Source of the DNA: Phyllobates terribilis
Taxonomy: Eukaryota
Length of the DNA stretch: 64,000 nt
Reading direction: 5' to 3'
Assembly: GCF_046119375.1 (NCBI RefSeq)
Contig: NW_027362762.1
Location: 708,040,001-708,104,000, forward strand
A program made the position numbers and the translations under genes. Positions 24,787 through 36,833 of the stretch are shown here, in pieces (position 1 is the stretch's first letter; every line of letters starts with the position of its first letter). Below the pieces are notes generated by a model. The model ran no database searches. It was not told the DNA's origin and was given only the letters and a program-made list of their open reading frames with translations.

Positions 24787-26100
24787 TGTGACGCCTCTTC
24801 TCGGAAGCCCCTGTTTACCCTGGGAGATGGGGGACTCGGAGTCGGGTCCTGTGATGGAGAGATGGGGGTGCAGCCGTGGCCCGGGCCCGCTCCATGCCCA
24901 GGGCCGTCACATTTAAAAAAGGGTGGTATGGGCTTATCCGGGTTGAGTTGCTGATTACGACTACGCCACCTGTGGTACCTGGTGAAAGGCCACCAGCGCC
25001 GCTGCAGTCCGCTGAGGCATGGTGGTATGGCGGCCGTCATTGTTACTACTCCCCACAGGCGGAGCAAGGCCTCAGGGCAGAGAGACAGGATGGAGGGGGT
25101 AGTAGTAGAGGAGACCGGGTGCTGCGTAATGCGGTGTAGCGCAGAATAAAGAGTCCGGAGGCCATAGAGGTGAACTTCCAAATCTTTACTCACATAAGGG
25201 ATGGCAGTAGGAAGGCGACTCCCTGCTCCTCGCGGAGTTCTGCGGTCAACGGGAACGGGGGTCCGACAACCTCCGAGTAAGTCCAGCGTTAAATCAGGAC
25301 CCCGCACCAGAGTGTTCCTGAACTACAGACCGTATCCTTTCCTGTCTGTGTGGGTAGATAGGCCGGGTCTCCCTCTGAACTCCTCTCAGAAAAAGGGCAC
25401 GGGTGGCAGCTCTGCTCCTTCCGATACCCGGTGGGATCCTCAGGGCATACCGGGCTTTCCCGACCAGGACATAGAGTAGCAAGGTCGGGTGTCGGGGGCC
25501 GGTACCCCTCTTGCAGCCGGACTCCCTCTGAATATATCAGGTGGTGAGGACAGGTGGCGTACACCGCTCTGTCTGCCTCCTCCCTGGGATCCATTTGCTG
25601 TGGAGCTACACTCTTAAGCTCCGGGCCTTCTTGGTCATGGTCCTTGACCGGGTTGAGACCTCCATTATCTACAACCTGCCACTCGACCCAAGGCCAAGGT
25701 ACGAGGGCTGTGTCTCCATCCGCTGCAGGTCCACACAGGATCCATGCTCAGGGAGGGTGATCACAGTACCAAGACAGTCAAAGAACCATCAAAAGGCTAA
25801 ACTAAAAGGGCCAAGAACCAAAATTGCTCTTTATTAAAGATGAATTATTAAGTGTCACTAAAATGTGAATCCTCCACCTTCACCCACTAAATGGTTCCCC
25901 TAACTCTTGGTTCCCCAGTCTCCCTGTAACCAGGAGGGCAGCACATAGTGCATTCTAGCCCCCTCTGGTGGAGAAATGTGGTGTTGGATGTGGAAGTGGA
26001 GTCCTGACCATCACACTGTTCTTACCTCAGAGGAGGAACACTACACTCTATTAAAGAAGTGCAGCATCCCCGTGGCGGTCGAACCCTCAGGGGCGCCACA
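24787..26100 (-). mobile_element. Solo LTR, third lineage related to the CSD-element LTRs
   Basis: Minus-strand start TGTGGCGCCCCTGAGGGTTCGACCGCCACG is nearly identical to the lineage B LTR start; ends GGCGTCACA; 4-bp TSD AATA on both sides; inserted into a MITE. Confidence 0.85.
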
Positions 26101-28205
26101 AATACAGCTGAGAAAAATACTTGAACAGCACTGCCTCAGTGAATAACATTGGTCCGAGTGCAATCCGTTTTTTTATCCCATTTATGCGCCTGTGTGAGTG
26201 AACCCTGATACACAGTATATATGAGTGGTTTGTTACATACTGTATATCGTTACGGTGATTGGAATACATCTATGTACGGTAAATTCACTATGTGAGAATA
26301 CAATGCACTAACACTTTAGATTACATTTTTATTGATTAATTGTAATTAATGATTGTTTGATTCTCATATATTCAATAGGTTATATTTGAGAAAGGCTGTG
26401 TCTCCCAAAGTGTCACACCAGGTGTATTAAAGAAGGTTCTTTTTTTTACTGAAGTGCTGTCTCTCGTCCTTGAATTTTTGACAAGTGGGAATTTTGGAAC
26501 AGGTCCCGTTGGGGCTTGACCAGTACTCTTTGCATTCTCCTTGTGCTGCTTTCTCTCTTCATAATGTAGATGTATGTGTTGGGACCACATGAGGTGCATC
26601 AGAAGCCTAAAGGCCTGAGGATATAGTAGGCCTTTCTTTGTCCATTGCTGGGTGTCTCAGGGAGCTATAAGCAGAAGTTGGAGTGACTTTTGGGAAGAGC
26701 ACAGCATAGTGCTGAAGTAGAGACAGTAGCCCCATGCCCAGAGCAGTACCACACAGCAAAACCAGAGCATTGCCATGACAAGTCAGTGAACTGAGGCTGG
26801 GTTCACATAGTGTTTTTTCCTACATTCAGTGGACTTTGCTTTGGTGCCAGCCTCCAGTAAGCATAAATGGCCAAAAATGGTGCACACTGTGACTCCATCT
26901 GAATCATTATATCTAATGCCACTGAACACAGGAAAAATGTTATGTGAACCCAGACTAACAGTGAGAGTTTTAGAAACTGTGGGAGAATTTACAGCCCTGG
27001 GAGAGTGAGTAAGTAGCAAATATTTTTAGATGGGCAGCCCTGTCGGCTCGGCTGAGAAGTGGCCTATTAGTTTCAGTCCTGTGCACTAATGGACCGGTGG
27101 AATCAAGTTTGAGAGAGAGGGTCCCATGACTTTCAGGGAGTGCTAGGCCTAAACTTTGGTTGGTAAAGGGCTAGCTGTTAGGATTAGGACACCTGCAAGA
27201 CTGGAACCATAAATGTACTGTGCCTTCCTTTGTGATTTGCAACCATCAAGCATGTTGTGCCGCTATTGTAAAAACAAAAAGTTATTGCAATGTTGTAGGA
27301 ATGTGATAGTCCTTGCACACAATAAGACCACAGCAAGTAATACATATAATACTCATATAGAATTGAATCTGTTTATTAATAACTCAATGAAAGCAATCCA
27401 GAGAGAAGCAGAATGAATACTTGGCTTTGAACACATTGTATATTTAGAATGATTTTTTTACGCTCAAGCTGTAAACACACACAAAGGACTGAACTGCAAA
27501 GTTTTCATTTAGCAGCATGACTTCTTTCACACATCACATAAACTGGTACTTCACAGCTTTTATAGGTCACAATAGAAATAAACCTACAATTAGGAGTGAC
27601 GGCAGCAGAGAATAAATCAGCAAAGGTCATCATCAGTGCATATGAGAAAGCGGGAAAAGAAGAGGAGCTTACAAGACGTGGAATGAAGTTAGATTTATCA
27701 GTGTCGAGGTATAGCATATCTTCTATGTTAGATAAATAGATCTCTATACGGTTTTTAGGACAAAGTGTGCTTATACTATCTCAGAAGTACCCAATATTGT
27801 CTTTATATGATAATCTCCTAGTAGAAAATCTGCTGGTAAATGCAATGCAAAACTACCAAGCTCCAAAATAATGTCCTCTAAGTAATCTAAACATGCTCTT
27901 CCATTCCAATGATGACCCTATGTATCAGAGACTGAAGCCTTGTGGTCACCAATGAACGCTATTATATCCATAATCTATATAGACGACTAAATAACATGTG
28001 AATATATTGCATAAAGTATCTTTAGCTGATACCGAGTATAAGACTATATCAGAACCTAGAGCTACATTCACAGTTCGGCAGGTTGCCTTCGGAATTATTT
28101 GTAGAATTATTCATTTTTAGATGTTAATATTATTGCACAGTACTGGAAGTCCTATAATCACAGTTACAGACTGAACAAGCAAGGAAGCTGCTGGATTTCA
28201 GCTTA

Positions 28206-28408
28206 GACCATGGCCCCACGATCAGTATTCGGTCAGTATTTTTTCTCAGGAGTGGGAACCAAAACCAGGAGTGGGTGATAAATACAGAATTGGTGACTTG
28301 TTTCTATTATATCTTTTCTCTGATTGTTCCTCACCTGGTTTTGGCTCCCATTCCTGAGAAAAAATACTGATCGAATACTGACCAAATACTGATAGTGGGG
28401 CTGTGGCC
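28206..28408. mobile_element. Foldback MITE
   Basis: GACCATGGCCCCAC..CAGTATTTTTTCTCAGGAGTGGGA arm with complementary arm ..TCCCATTCCTGAGAAAAAATACTG..GTGGGGCTGTGGCC. Confidence 0.75.
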
Positions 28409-30013
28409 TTTGAAGCCTGCACAACGGTGAATCCCGGTCCCAATGGGTTATAGAACAGACCTTGGCTGGGTTGAGATGGCCGTACTAAAACAGTACATGA
28501 AGCAGATATAACTGGCTCCATGTACAGATCCATGTGTTCATCCGCATAGTGGATGACAATGGGTCAGTTTATGGGTTTATCATTCCGATAAATATACATA
28601 GAATATGTACCCATGATATTCTATGTACAAGTTCACATGTCAATTTTTTTTTTCCTGACTGAATGTCTGCAAAAAAACAAACGAGACATGTTCATTTTTT
28701 ATCCTATTTGAGGATTAAACTTGCCCATTAAAGTGAATGGGTCTATTAAAGAAAACAGATGGCAAGCCGATGCCCTCAGTGTGTCTGCCAATTGCTGTGG
28801 GTCTTTTTTAATGTTTGGAAGCTTGTAAATTATTTTTTTTGCAAAAAAAAAAAAACAGATGCCACACTGATGGTAAAAGTAGACATGTACCAAAAAAAAT
28901 GGATGATCAGGAGGAGCACGGATGAGAAGCAGTCATTATTCTCTAAAACCGAACATTTACATGAGGACTTAGGGTCTGTAGAAGTAAGGCAACATATTTA
29001 CAAAGTTATTTACTATGTACTAGATTAATATAATGCATAAAAAGTAAAGATTAAGCCAGATTTTTAGAGGTTGAATATCTGAAGCCCAAAAATCAATTCT
29101 TATGGTTGATATTTTAGGACAAATTCCCACTGGTGATGCATGAGGTTAGAAGAACATGGCTGCCTTCCTTCAGAAGTAACACCACTTATGTCCAATGACT
29201 CTGTCTAGTGCTTTCTGGTATTAAGCATTTCTGTTTGTTGTTTTTTTTGGGGGGCTTTTATGGCATTTCCTAGGGAGATTGGGGATAGGGCAATTGGACA
29301 TTCAGTATTACAAGATGTGATTGGGCCAGCGCATCCAGGTGTCTCATGTGGGCAATTGTGGCAGCGCAAATGAGCTATCATTCAGGGAGGAAAGGGTGGC
29401 ACAGTTTAGAGAGGAAAAAAATCCTTCCCAAATGCACTTTCAGCCTGATTTGAATATGTTTTTTAAAGGCAATCTGTCTACAGGTTTTTGCTATTTTATC
29501 TGAAAGCAGCATGATGTGGAGGCAGAGAGTCTGATTCCAGGGACATGTCGGCAGCTTGCAATAGTTTGAATACAACTCCTCTATTGCGTTCCAGCATGGA
29601 GTCCATAACACGCTATACCATAAGTCTTTTTGGATTCATGGGGGGGCTGAGCATGTGCGTGATGCGCTAATGCCTATTGCACAGCTGTTTTCTATTTTCA
29701 TGGCAAGGCACTACTCTGACTTATTTAAATGTTGACACGCCCCTTCTAGGATTACCCCTATCCCGGCCACCATCTCTCCCCTTTCTATGTACAAAGAAAC
29801 TTGATTGGACACACTATATTATTTATACACTGGCCCCCTGAATTAAGACACCCCCCCTCCCCCGGAAGAAGCATATTGCGAAACGGCGTAGGGGTTCAGA
29901 GAAGTGAAGCTACACACTTTGGCACATCATGTCCATCATATACTGAAATTTCAGGTAATATACCATTATAGATGATTGCTTGCTTGCATGCTGTTGTGAT
30001 TGAGGCTGAACTA

Positions 30014-31703
30014 CAACCCCTGGCAAAAATTATGGAATCACCGGGCTCGGAGGATGTTCATTCAGTTGTTTAATGTTGTTGAAAAACAGCAGATCACAGA
30101 CATGGCACAAAACTAAAGTCATTTCAAATGGCAACTTTAGGGCTTTAAGAAACACTAAAAGAAATCAAGATAAAAAAATGTGGTACTCAGAAAGGGTAAT
30201 TTTTTTCAGACCAAGCAGAGGGAAAAAATTATGGAATCACTCAATTCTGAGGAAAAAAATATGGAATCATGAAAAACAAACACACAAAAGAACACTCCAA
30301 TACATCAGTAGTATTTTGTTGCACCACCTTTGGCTTTAATAACAGCTTGCAGTCTCTGAGGCATGGACCTAATGAGTGACAAACAGTACTCGTCATCAAT
30401 CTGGCTCCAACTTTCTCTGATTGCTGTTGCCAGATAAGCTTTGCAGGTTGGAGTCTTGTCATGGACCATTTTCTTCAACTTCCACCAAAGATTTTCAGAT
30501 TGAGATCCGGACTGTTTGCAGGCCATGACATTGACCTTATGTGTCTTCTTTCAAGGAATGTTTTCACAGTTTTTGCTCTATGGCAGGATGCATTATCATC
30601 TTGAAAAATGATGCCATCATCCCGAAACATCCTTTCAATTGATGGGATAAGAAAACTGTCGAAAATATCAATGTAAATTTGGGCATTTATTGAAGATGTA
30701 ATGACAGCCATCTCCCCAGTGCCCTTACCTGACATGCAGCCCCATATCATCAATGACTGTGGAAATTTGCATTTCTCTTCATGCAGTCATGTTTATAAAT
30801 CTCATTGGAACGGCACCAAACAAAAGTTCCAGCATCATCACCTTGCCCAATGCATATTTGCGATTCATCACTGAATGTGACTTTCATCCAGTCATCCACA
30901 GTCCATGATTGCTTTTCCTTAGCCCATTGTAACCTTGTTTTTTTCTTTTTAGGTGTTAATGATGGCTTATGTTTAGCTTTTCTGTATGTAAATCCCATTT
31001 TATTTAGGCGGTTTCTTACAGTTCGGTCACAGACATTGACTCCAGTTTCCTCCCATTCGTTCCTCATTTGTTTTGTTGCGCATTTCCTGTTTTGGAGACA
31101 TATTGCTTTAAGTTTCCGGTCTTGACGCTTTGATGTCTTCCTTGGTCTACCAGTATGTTTGCCTTTAACAACCTTCCCATGTTGTTTGTATTTGGTCCAG
31201 ATTTTAGACACAGCTGACTGTGAACAACCAACATCTTTTGCAACATTGTGTGATGATTTACCTTCTTTTAAGAGTTTGATAATCCTCTCCTTTGTTTCAA
31301 TTGATATCTCTCCTGTTAGAGCCATGATTCATGTCAGTCCACTTGGTGCAACAGCTCTCCAAGGTGTGATCACTCCTTTTTAGATGCAGACTAAAGAGCA
31401 GATCTAATTTGATGCAGGTGTTAGTTTTGGAAATGAAAATTTACAGGGTGATTCCATAATTTTTTCCTCAGAATTGAGTGATTCCATATTTTTTTCCCTC
31501 TGCTTGGTCTGAAAAAAATTACCCTTTCTGAGTACCACATTTTTTTTCTTGATTTCTTTTAGTGTTTCTTAAAGCCCTAAAGTTGCCATTTGAAATGACT
31601 TAAGTTTTGTGCCATGTCTGTGATCTGCTTTTTTTAAACAACATTAAACAACTGAATGAACATCCTCCGAGCCTGGTGATTCCATAATTTTTGCCAGGGG
31701 TTG
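30014..31703 (-). mobile_element. Tc1 transposon with long IR/DR-type TIRs, defective
   Basis: TA TSD on both sides; ~255-bp TIRs (30014-30268 / 31450-31703), each holding repeated ATGGAATCA direct repeats. Confidence 0.95.
30305..31325 (-). pseudogene. Tc1 DD34E transposase pseudogene
   Basis: MALTGEISIETKERIIKLL.., GRPRKTS, VTFSDESQI, IFQDDNASCH, WPANSPDLN[fs]ENLWWKLK; split over three ORFs by frameshifts. Confidence 0.92.
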
Positions 31704-32696
31704 TATATGCACCCAATTACCTGGCTGTGGATAGACATGTGCATTCAATTGTATGGTTGCTTGACTATATAGGTACTTGGCACTTTATATCATATGTTTT
31801 ATAGGCTGTTAATAACTAGTAACATACTATATACATAGTAAGTAGTATATAATATATTATATTCGTGTATACGTATATACATATGATATACGTGGTCTAT
31901 TTAAGCACATTGATACTTTTTTTTTGCTCTCTGCACTGTTAAATCATCTAGTTAGATGTAAATTAATTTTCTGGACTAGATATCTTGTTGCTTTGTCCCA
32001 TTTTCATTGTGAATTCCACAGGATGCTTGATGGTGTGAGTGGGCATTGATGTAACCTAGCTTCATATATCATCTCTCTTCATTGGAGGTTTTTCGTCCCA
32101 CCCTGTTTCTTGTATTCCTTTTTAATATTTGCTGTATTTAATAAAACTTACTGTTTTTATCTAGCTAGAGTCTCTGTCATCCTGTAGTATTGATTATGCT
32201 CCGTAAGATTATATGTATATTATAGTTTCAATACAATCAGTTTTTTTTATCAGCAGGAGATTATCACTGCTGGACAAGGCGTCATGTGCAGGCCAGTCAG
32301 GCTAATCTGTCTAACCCCACCCCCAGCGCTGATTGGCAGGTTGTTGACAATGCACAGTGTACATAGAAAGCTGCCAATCAGTAGTGTGGGCGGGGTTATA
32401 CAGGGCTCAGCATTCTGAGCACTGTCACATCTACAGCAGAGAAACCAGGGATTCTATCAAAACTACACCAAGCAGCTCAGTAAGTGACACATAGCTGAAA
32501 TCAGGATCTCAAACCCTACAGCATGCTGCTCTCAAATGGGGTAGCAATAAAACAGAAGACAGATACAATTTCTCATAACTGGATAACGTTTTCTATGATC
32601 CCTGTTTAAATGAATTAGTCACAGAAATCTCTGCCACAAATAACATATGTGGACATACCGGACTTCTAGGATGAAAAACCACATTTGAGGCCTCGG

Positions 32697-33055
32697 TTAA
32701 AGGAGTTATCTCCTTTCAGAAAACTTTCCCTATATGCATTCTTTGTTGTCAAATAACTTACCCTCCCTGGGTCCACCATTGCTCCAGTCTCTGTTTGGCT
32801 GCAGTGGTAATGTCATGTTAATATCACTGCAGCCAATCATTCAGCTTAGTGAATCTGCTAATGTAGATGGAACGAGCCCCTGAACGGATTGGCTGCAGCG
32901 CTGTCAACATGATATCACAGCTACGGCCAAAAAATTAGAGACCAGCCCAGCATCAGAGACACAGCGCTGGACACAGGAGGGTAAATAAAGAACAATTTGT
33001 TTTTTTTTTAACTATGCATATAGGGAAATTTACTGAAAAGAGACAACCCCTTTAA
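32697..33055. mobile_element. TTAA-flanked MITE (T2/Kolobok-like)
   Basis: TTAAAGGAGTTATCTCCTTTCAGAAAACTTTCCCTATATGCAT ... ATGCATATAGGGAAATTTACTGAAAAGAGACAACCCCTTTAA. Confidence 0.8.
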
Positions 33056-34790
33056 TAGTTTATCAGTCACAAATAACTTCACCTAAAACACATACACAGT
33101 ATTACTGTCAGATGAGTTTATGGTAAATATGATTTTCCTATTTACTTTGTAATGAGCAATGTTAAATTCTCCAAAATTAGTCATTGAAAGCTGACTTGGT
33201 ATAGGAGGTAACGCGATCCTGGCCAGCTTCAAAACAGTGCATACAAGCTTATTAGAGAACCGCTTATACACAGTGTGTATGTTCTGCTGTCTAGCAGCAG
33301 TGGTCGGTCTCCAAGGCAACAGGTTGTAAACATGAAAATAGTATTAATAGCTCAAGAATGGCTGAAACTTTTAAAAAGCAGCGAATTGCAACAAAATTGC
33401 TTGTATTTAAAAGCAATGACAGTATTAATTTATGAAGATGGGAATGGTCCTTTACGTATCTCAATTTCTCACAAAACAAATGCAATATAATGTCACGACT
33501 TAGCATGCTGCAATCCACAGCAGAACCACTGGGGGGCCACATATATACTGTAGCAAATACATCACATGTACATATTGCAACCTAAGACCAAAGGTAAGAA
33601 AAGGTGTAGCACCCTGAGGATTCGGCTGCTACAGGGGTATTGCACCTCAACCCAGAGGTGTGATATTCCACTCCCGGGTAAGGATGGAGTGTGGAACTGA
33701 GCTCAGAAAGCTGCATGCACTACACACATCCCATTTCCGAGGAGCAGACCAACGGTACTCCCACTTAGAAATGTGCAGGTACGACCGAGTCTGTTCCTGG
33801 CTGGAGTGGGAGGGGGGTGGTACATCCCAGTAGTGTAGGGGCAGATAGGGGGAGCAGCCTGGGTAAAGTTAGGAGCTCATTGGGTGCTGGTCACCTGAGC
33901 TCACACATAGAGGGAGTATATAAGGTGGGCACCATCTAAGATCAGGGTCAGTCTGTCAGCCTTTTGTCAGAGCAGAGCAGAGGAAGAGAGCAGAGGAGAA
34001 GAGCAGCTCCAAGGCCCAGAGAGAGAGAGGAGAGAAAGAGAGACCCAGAGGGGGAAACAAGAAGGAACTCTGAGAACCCACATACAAACCTAGGGTGAAG
34101 AGTTGGCAATAGGGTACCGGATCCCAAACTGGTGGGGGCTAAAGCACACCTCAGCCAGAGACCGGAGGCCGTGGGCAGGATCTGCCACGGCCACCCACCA
34201 CATCCACCCTGAAGGCAAACCACGTGTAGGGTCAGGGAACCTAAGGCCAAGGGTCTCCCAACAGAAGGCCCGAGGGAGCTGGACCTAGGTGGATCCCTGG
34301 TGGGGACGGCCAGAAGAAAGGACAAGAAGGAGGGCTCAGGGACACGCTCCGGACTTGCTTGGGGGTTGGCTGAATCCAGGACCTGGTGGACGCAGCACGG
34401 CTCGGGTGGTCACTTAAGGCCGGAGTGACCGGAATATCTGCAGTAAGTAAACACCCTGAACTGCACAACCCGACTCTGTCTTTAATTTTCATCTACGCTG
34501 CACCACCACAACCCCCATCCTCTGCACCTGACCCCCTGAGGCCATACCCCTCCCGTTGGGGGTTATACTATCTAAAGCTGCACCAACACCATCAGCCTCA
34601 GCGGACCCTGCTGCAGCGGCGGCCGTAGTGACCGCAATCCAACGGGTGGCGTAGTCGACATAACGAACTTTGTAACATCTGTAGGACTGCCACATACTCT
34701 GAGCTTGACACCCTGGGCACGGACCGGGTCACAGCCACTCGGAGACTACAACCCCCATCTGATCCGGCTCCGGGTATTCCCCTAAAGAAT

Positions 34791-36833
34791 ATGGCCCAGG
34801 GGGCGCGTCAACTTTGGCGTAGTCGGCAGGATTACGTGCCCGCAACACCCGGGTACTGCGTGCCTGAAGAAAAGAACAAGTTTACCTCAAAAAGAAGTCT
34901 CCTGCCGGTTCCGGAGGGTCCCCGCCATCGGACTCCATCACAGGTCGATTCCCGCCGGTTGTCCGCCATTAACAGCTTTTTCCCGCCATCTGCAGAGTTT
35001 CCCGCCACTGGGAGACGATTCCCGCCATTTCCAAAGGTTTCCCGCCTTGGAAGAGCGGACGCCATTATGGGCGTGCCAGAGGATGGCAAGAGGCCGCCTC
35101 CCATCGTGGGCCAGGACCGAAAATGGCGCCAAAAGTGGAAACCGCCCCCACCAACAGAGACTGTGATGCTAGAGGTGTCTGTCAGCGTGAAAGAACTGCC
35201 CCTGGAGCTGACAATCACCAAGTGGCCCCGGGACCGCCCTCGAGGTGGGAGGACTGAGAAGAAGAGAGCAAAGATGGGTGTCGCCTGGAGCAGTCTGGAG
35301 AGAGCGCACCCGGAGACAAGAAGCCTAGAGCTGAGTCCAGAAGAAGCTTACCCGGAGATGGAAGAAGAGCAGAGCAGCACCGGCCCGCTGGCCAGGAGCC
35401 TGCTGGAGACAATGGAAGGAGAGCAGAGCAGCACCGACCCGTTGGTCAGGAGCCTGCTAGAAGCAACGACCCCACTAGGCTTAGTGGAGGTCCTGGCACA
35501 GCTCCCCCGAGATCGGGAGTGTGCACAGACTGCGCTGGAGGGCCTCGCACGGAGGATGGCCCGGGTGCAGCGAGAGACGTTAGCGGAATGGAGCCGAGAG
35601 ATGGCCCAGCAGACAAGAACCCGTCAGCGGAGCACGCCACCCGAGACGAGGAGACAGACCGCCTCTGAGGATGGCGCAGGAGGACTGAAGGCCGGAGACG
35701 GCGCCGAGAAGGGAGCCGAACGAATGGAGGCAGGTAAAGGGGACGTCTCTACCCCAAACCGGGAAACCGCGCACCTGCCCCAGCTCCCCGTCGCAGAGCC
35801 CGAAGTATCCCCTGCCGTGCCCGTCGCTGCAACGTCACCGCCGCAGACTAGGCCTCAAACGGAAGCCGCGACCCCTGTGACGTCACACGCCTCGACCCCG
35901 AGCGTGACCAAGCAGGAAGTACTACCAGCCTGGTCGCAGGGCCTAGTACCCCCGGGCGCCGCAATACCAACAGCGCCCCCTACCTCCGCGGAGCCACCGG
36001 CCTGGTCGCAAGGCCAAGTAGCCCAGGGCGCCGCCGTCCTTACGGTGCCCTTCACTTTCCAGGTGCCCCAGGCCTGGCCGCAAGGCCTGGGCAACCCGGG
36101 CGCCACCACCACCGCGCCCATAAAACCAAGAGTGCCGCATCTGGGAGAAGATCTGTTCGCCCAACATACGTGCCCGGATGGGCAGCCCTTTATATGGCCA
36201 CCGGAGTTTCACCATCCCCGACTCTGGAAAGAGAGACCCTTAGACGAGCCCCTGATTCCGGTTCCAAAGCCCGTAAAAAGGACCTCGCCCCCGCTAGAGG
36301 AGGCACAGTTTGAGTGGGACCCCACCGGAGAAGATCTCATGGGGTTCACTCAGGAGACTCGGGCAGCTGCAGCGGAGCGTGCAGAGTGCTGCCGCCAGCA
36401 GCTCGAGGTCTTTGAGAGGGAGCGGAGAGAGAGGCGGGTCCGAGAACAACAAGCGCAGATAAGGAGCGCGGAGCAGAAGAGCCGGGCCAGGAGGAGTCCC
36501 CGTGCAGCTCATGGTCCCCCTTCCACCGGGACTGTGATCAAGTTCAATATGCAGCACGGGTGGGGTTTCATCCGAGATCACCGCACCCCAGGCGACGTCT
36601 TCGTGACCAGGAGAGACGTTGAGTCCCACCTACCGGAGGGACACAGAGGACGTGACCTGTATGTAGGGGACGAGGTCACCTTCACCCGGCACAAGTGTGC
36701 CAAAGGACCCTACGCCCTCCATGTGCATCGCCTGACGGAGGAGGAGCTGCGGTGTGAGGAGGAGCAAGAGGACCCGGACGGGTCTGAAGCTAAAGGTAAC
36801 CACAAAGAAAGAGCAGGAGGACGCCGTCGTTAA
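34791..36833 (+). CDS. Uncharacterised retroelement protein with C-terminal cold-shock (OB-fold) domain
   Basis: 680-codon open frame; likely start is ATG 35067 (GCCATTATGG), matching the lineage B start. CSD at ~36525-36734: TGTVIKFNMQHGWGFIRDHRTPGDVFVTRRDVE..LYVGDEVTFTRHKCAKGPYALHV, with RNP1-like (GWGFI) and RNP2-like (DVFV) motifs, preceded by an E/R-rich predicted coiled coil. Confidence 0.85.
   Translation: MAQGARQLWRSRQDYVPATPGYCVPEEKNKFTSKRSLLPVPEGPRHRTPSQVDSRRLSAINSFFPPSAEFPATGRRFPPFPKVSRLGRADAIMGVPEDGKRPPPIVGQDRKWRQKWKPPPPTETVMLEVSVSVKELPLELTITKWPRDRPRGGRTEKKRAKMGVAWSSLERAHPETRSLELSPEEAYPEMEEEQSSTGPLARSLLETMEGEQSSTDPLVRSLLEATTPLGLVEVLAQLPRDRECAQTALEGLARRMARVQRETLAEWSREMAQQTRTRQRSTPPETRRQTASEDGAGGLKAGDGAEKGAERMEAGKGDVSTPNRETAHLPQLPVAEPEVSPAVPVAATSPPQTRPQTEAATPVTSHASTPSVTKQEVLPAWSQGLVPPGAAIPTAPPTSAEPPAWSQGQVAQGAAVLTVPFTFQVPQAWPQGLGNPGATTTAPIKPRVPHLGEDLFAQHTCPDGQPFIWPPEFHHPRLWKERPLDEPLIPVPKPVKRTSPPLEEAQFEWDPTGEDLMGFTQETRAAAAERAECCRQQLEVFERERRERRVREQQAQIRSAEQKSRARRSPRAAHGPPSTGTVIKFNMQHGWGFIRDHRTPGDVFVTRRDVESHLPEGHRGRDLYVGDEVTFTRHKCAKGPYALHVHRLTEEELRCEEEQEDPDGSEAKGNHKERAGGRRR
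34815..34833 (+). promoter_or_regulatory. Primer-binding site, tRNA-Ser(AGA/TGA)-type
   Basis: TGGCGTAGTCGGCAGGATT, 4 nt after the LTR end; complementary to the vertebrate tRNA-Ser 3' end AATCCTGCCGACTACG+CCA (from memory). Confidence 0.88.

Noticed and set aside
34815-34833. tRNA gene at the PBS sites or SINE heads
   Set aside because: Only 18-19 nt complementary to tRNA 3' ends, or degenerate A/B boxes; no cloverleaf.
34791-36833. Processed LIN28 or YBX retrogene as the explanation for the CSD ORF
   Set aside because: No CCHC knuckles, Y-box tail or poly-A; the CSD is too divergent and sits inside a conserved multi-block ORF in two LTR lineages.
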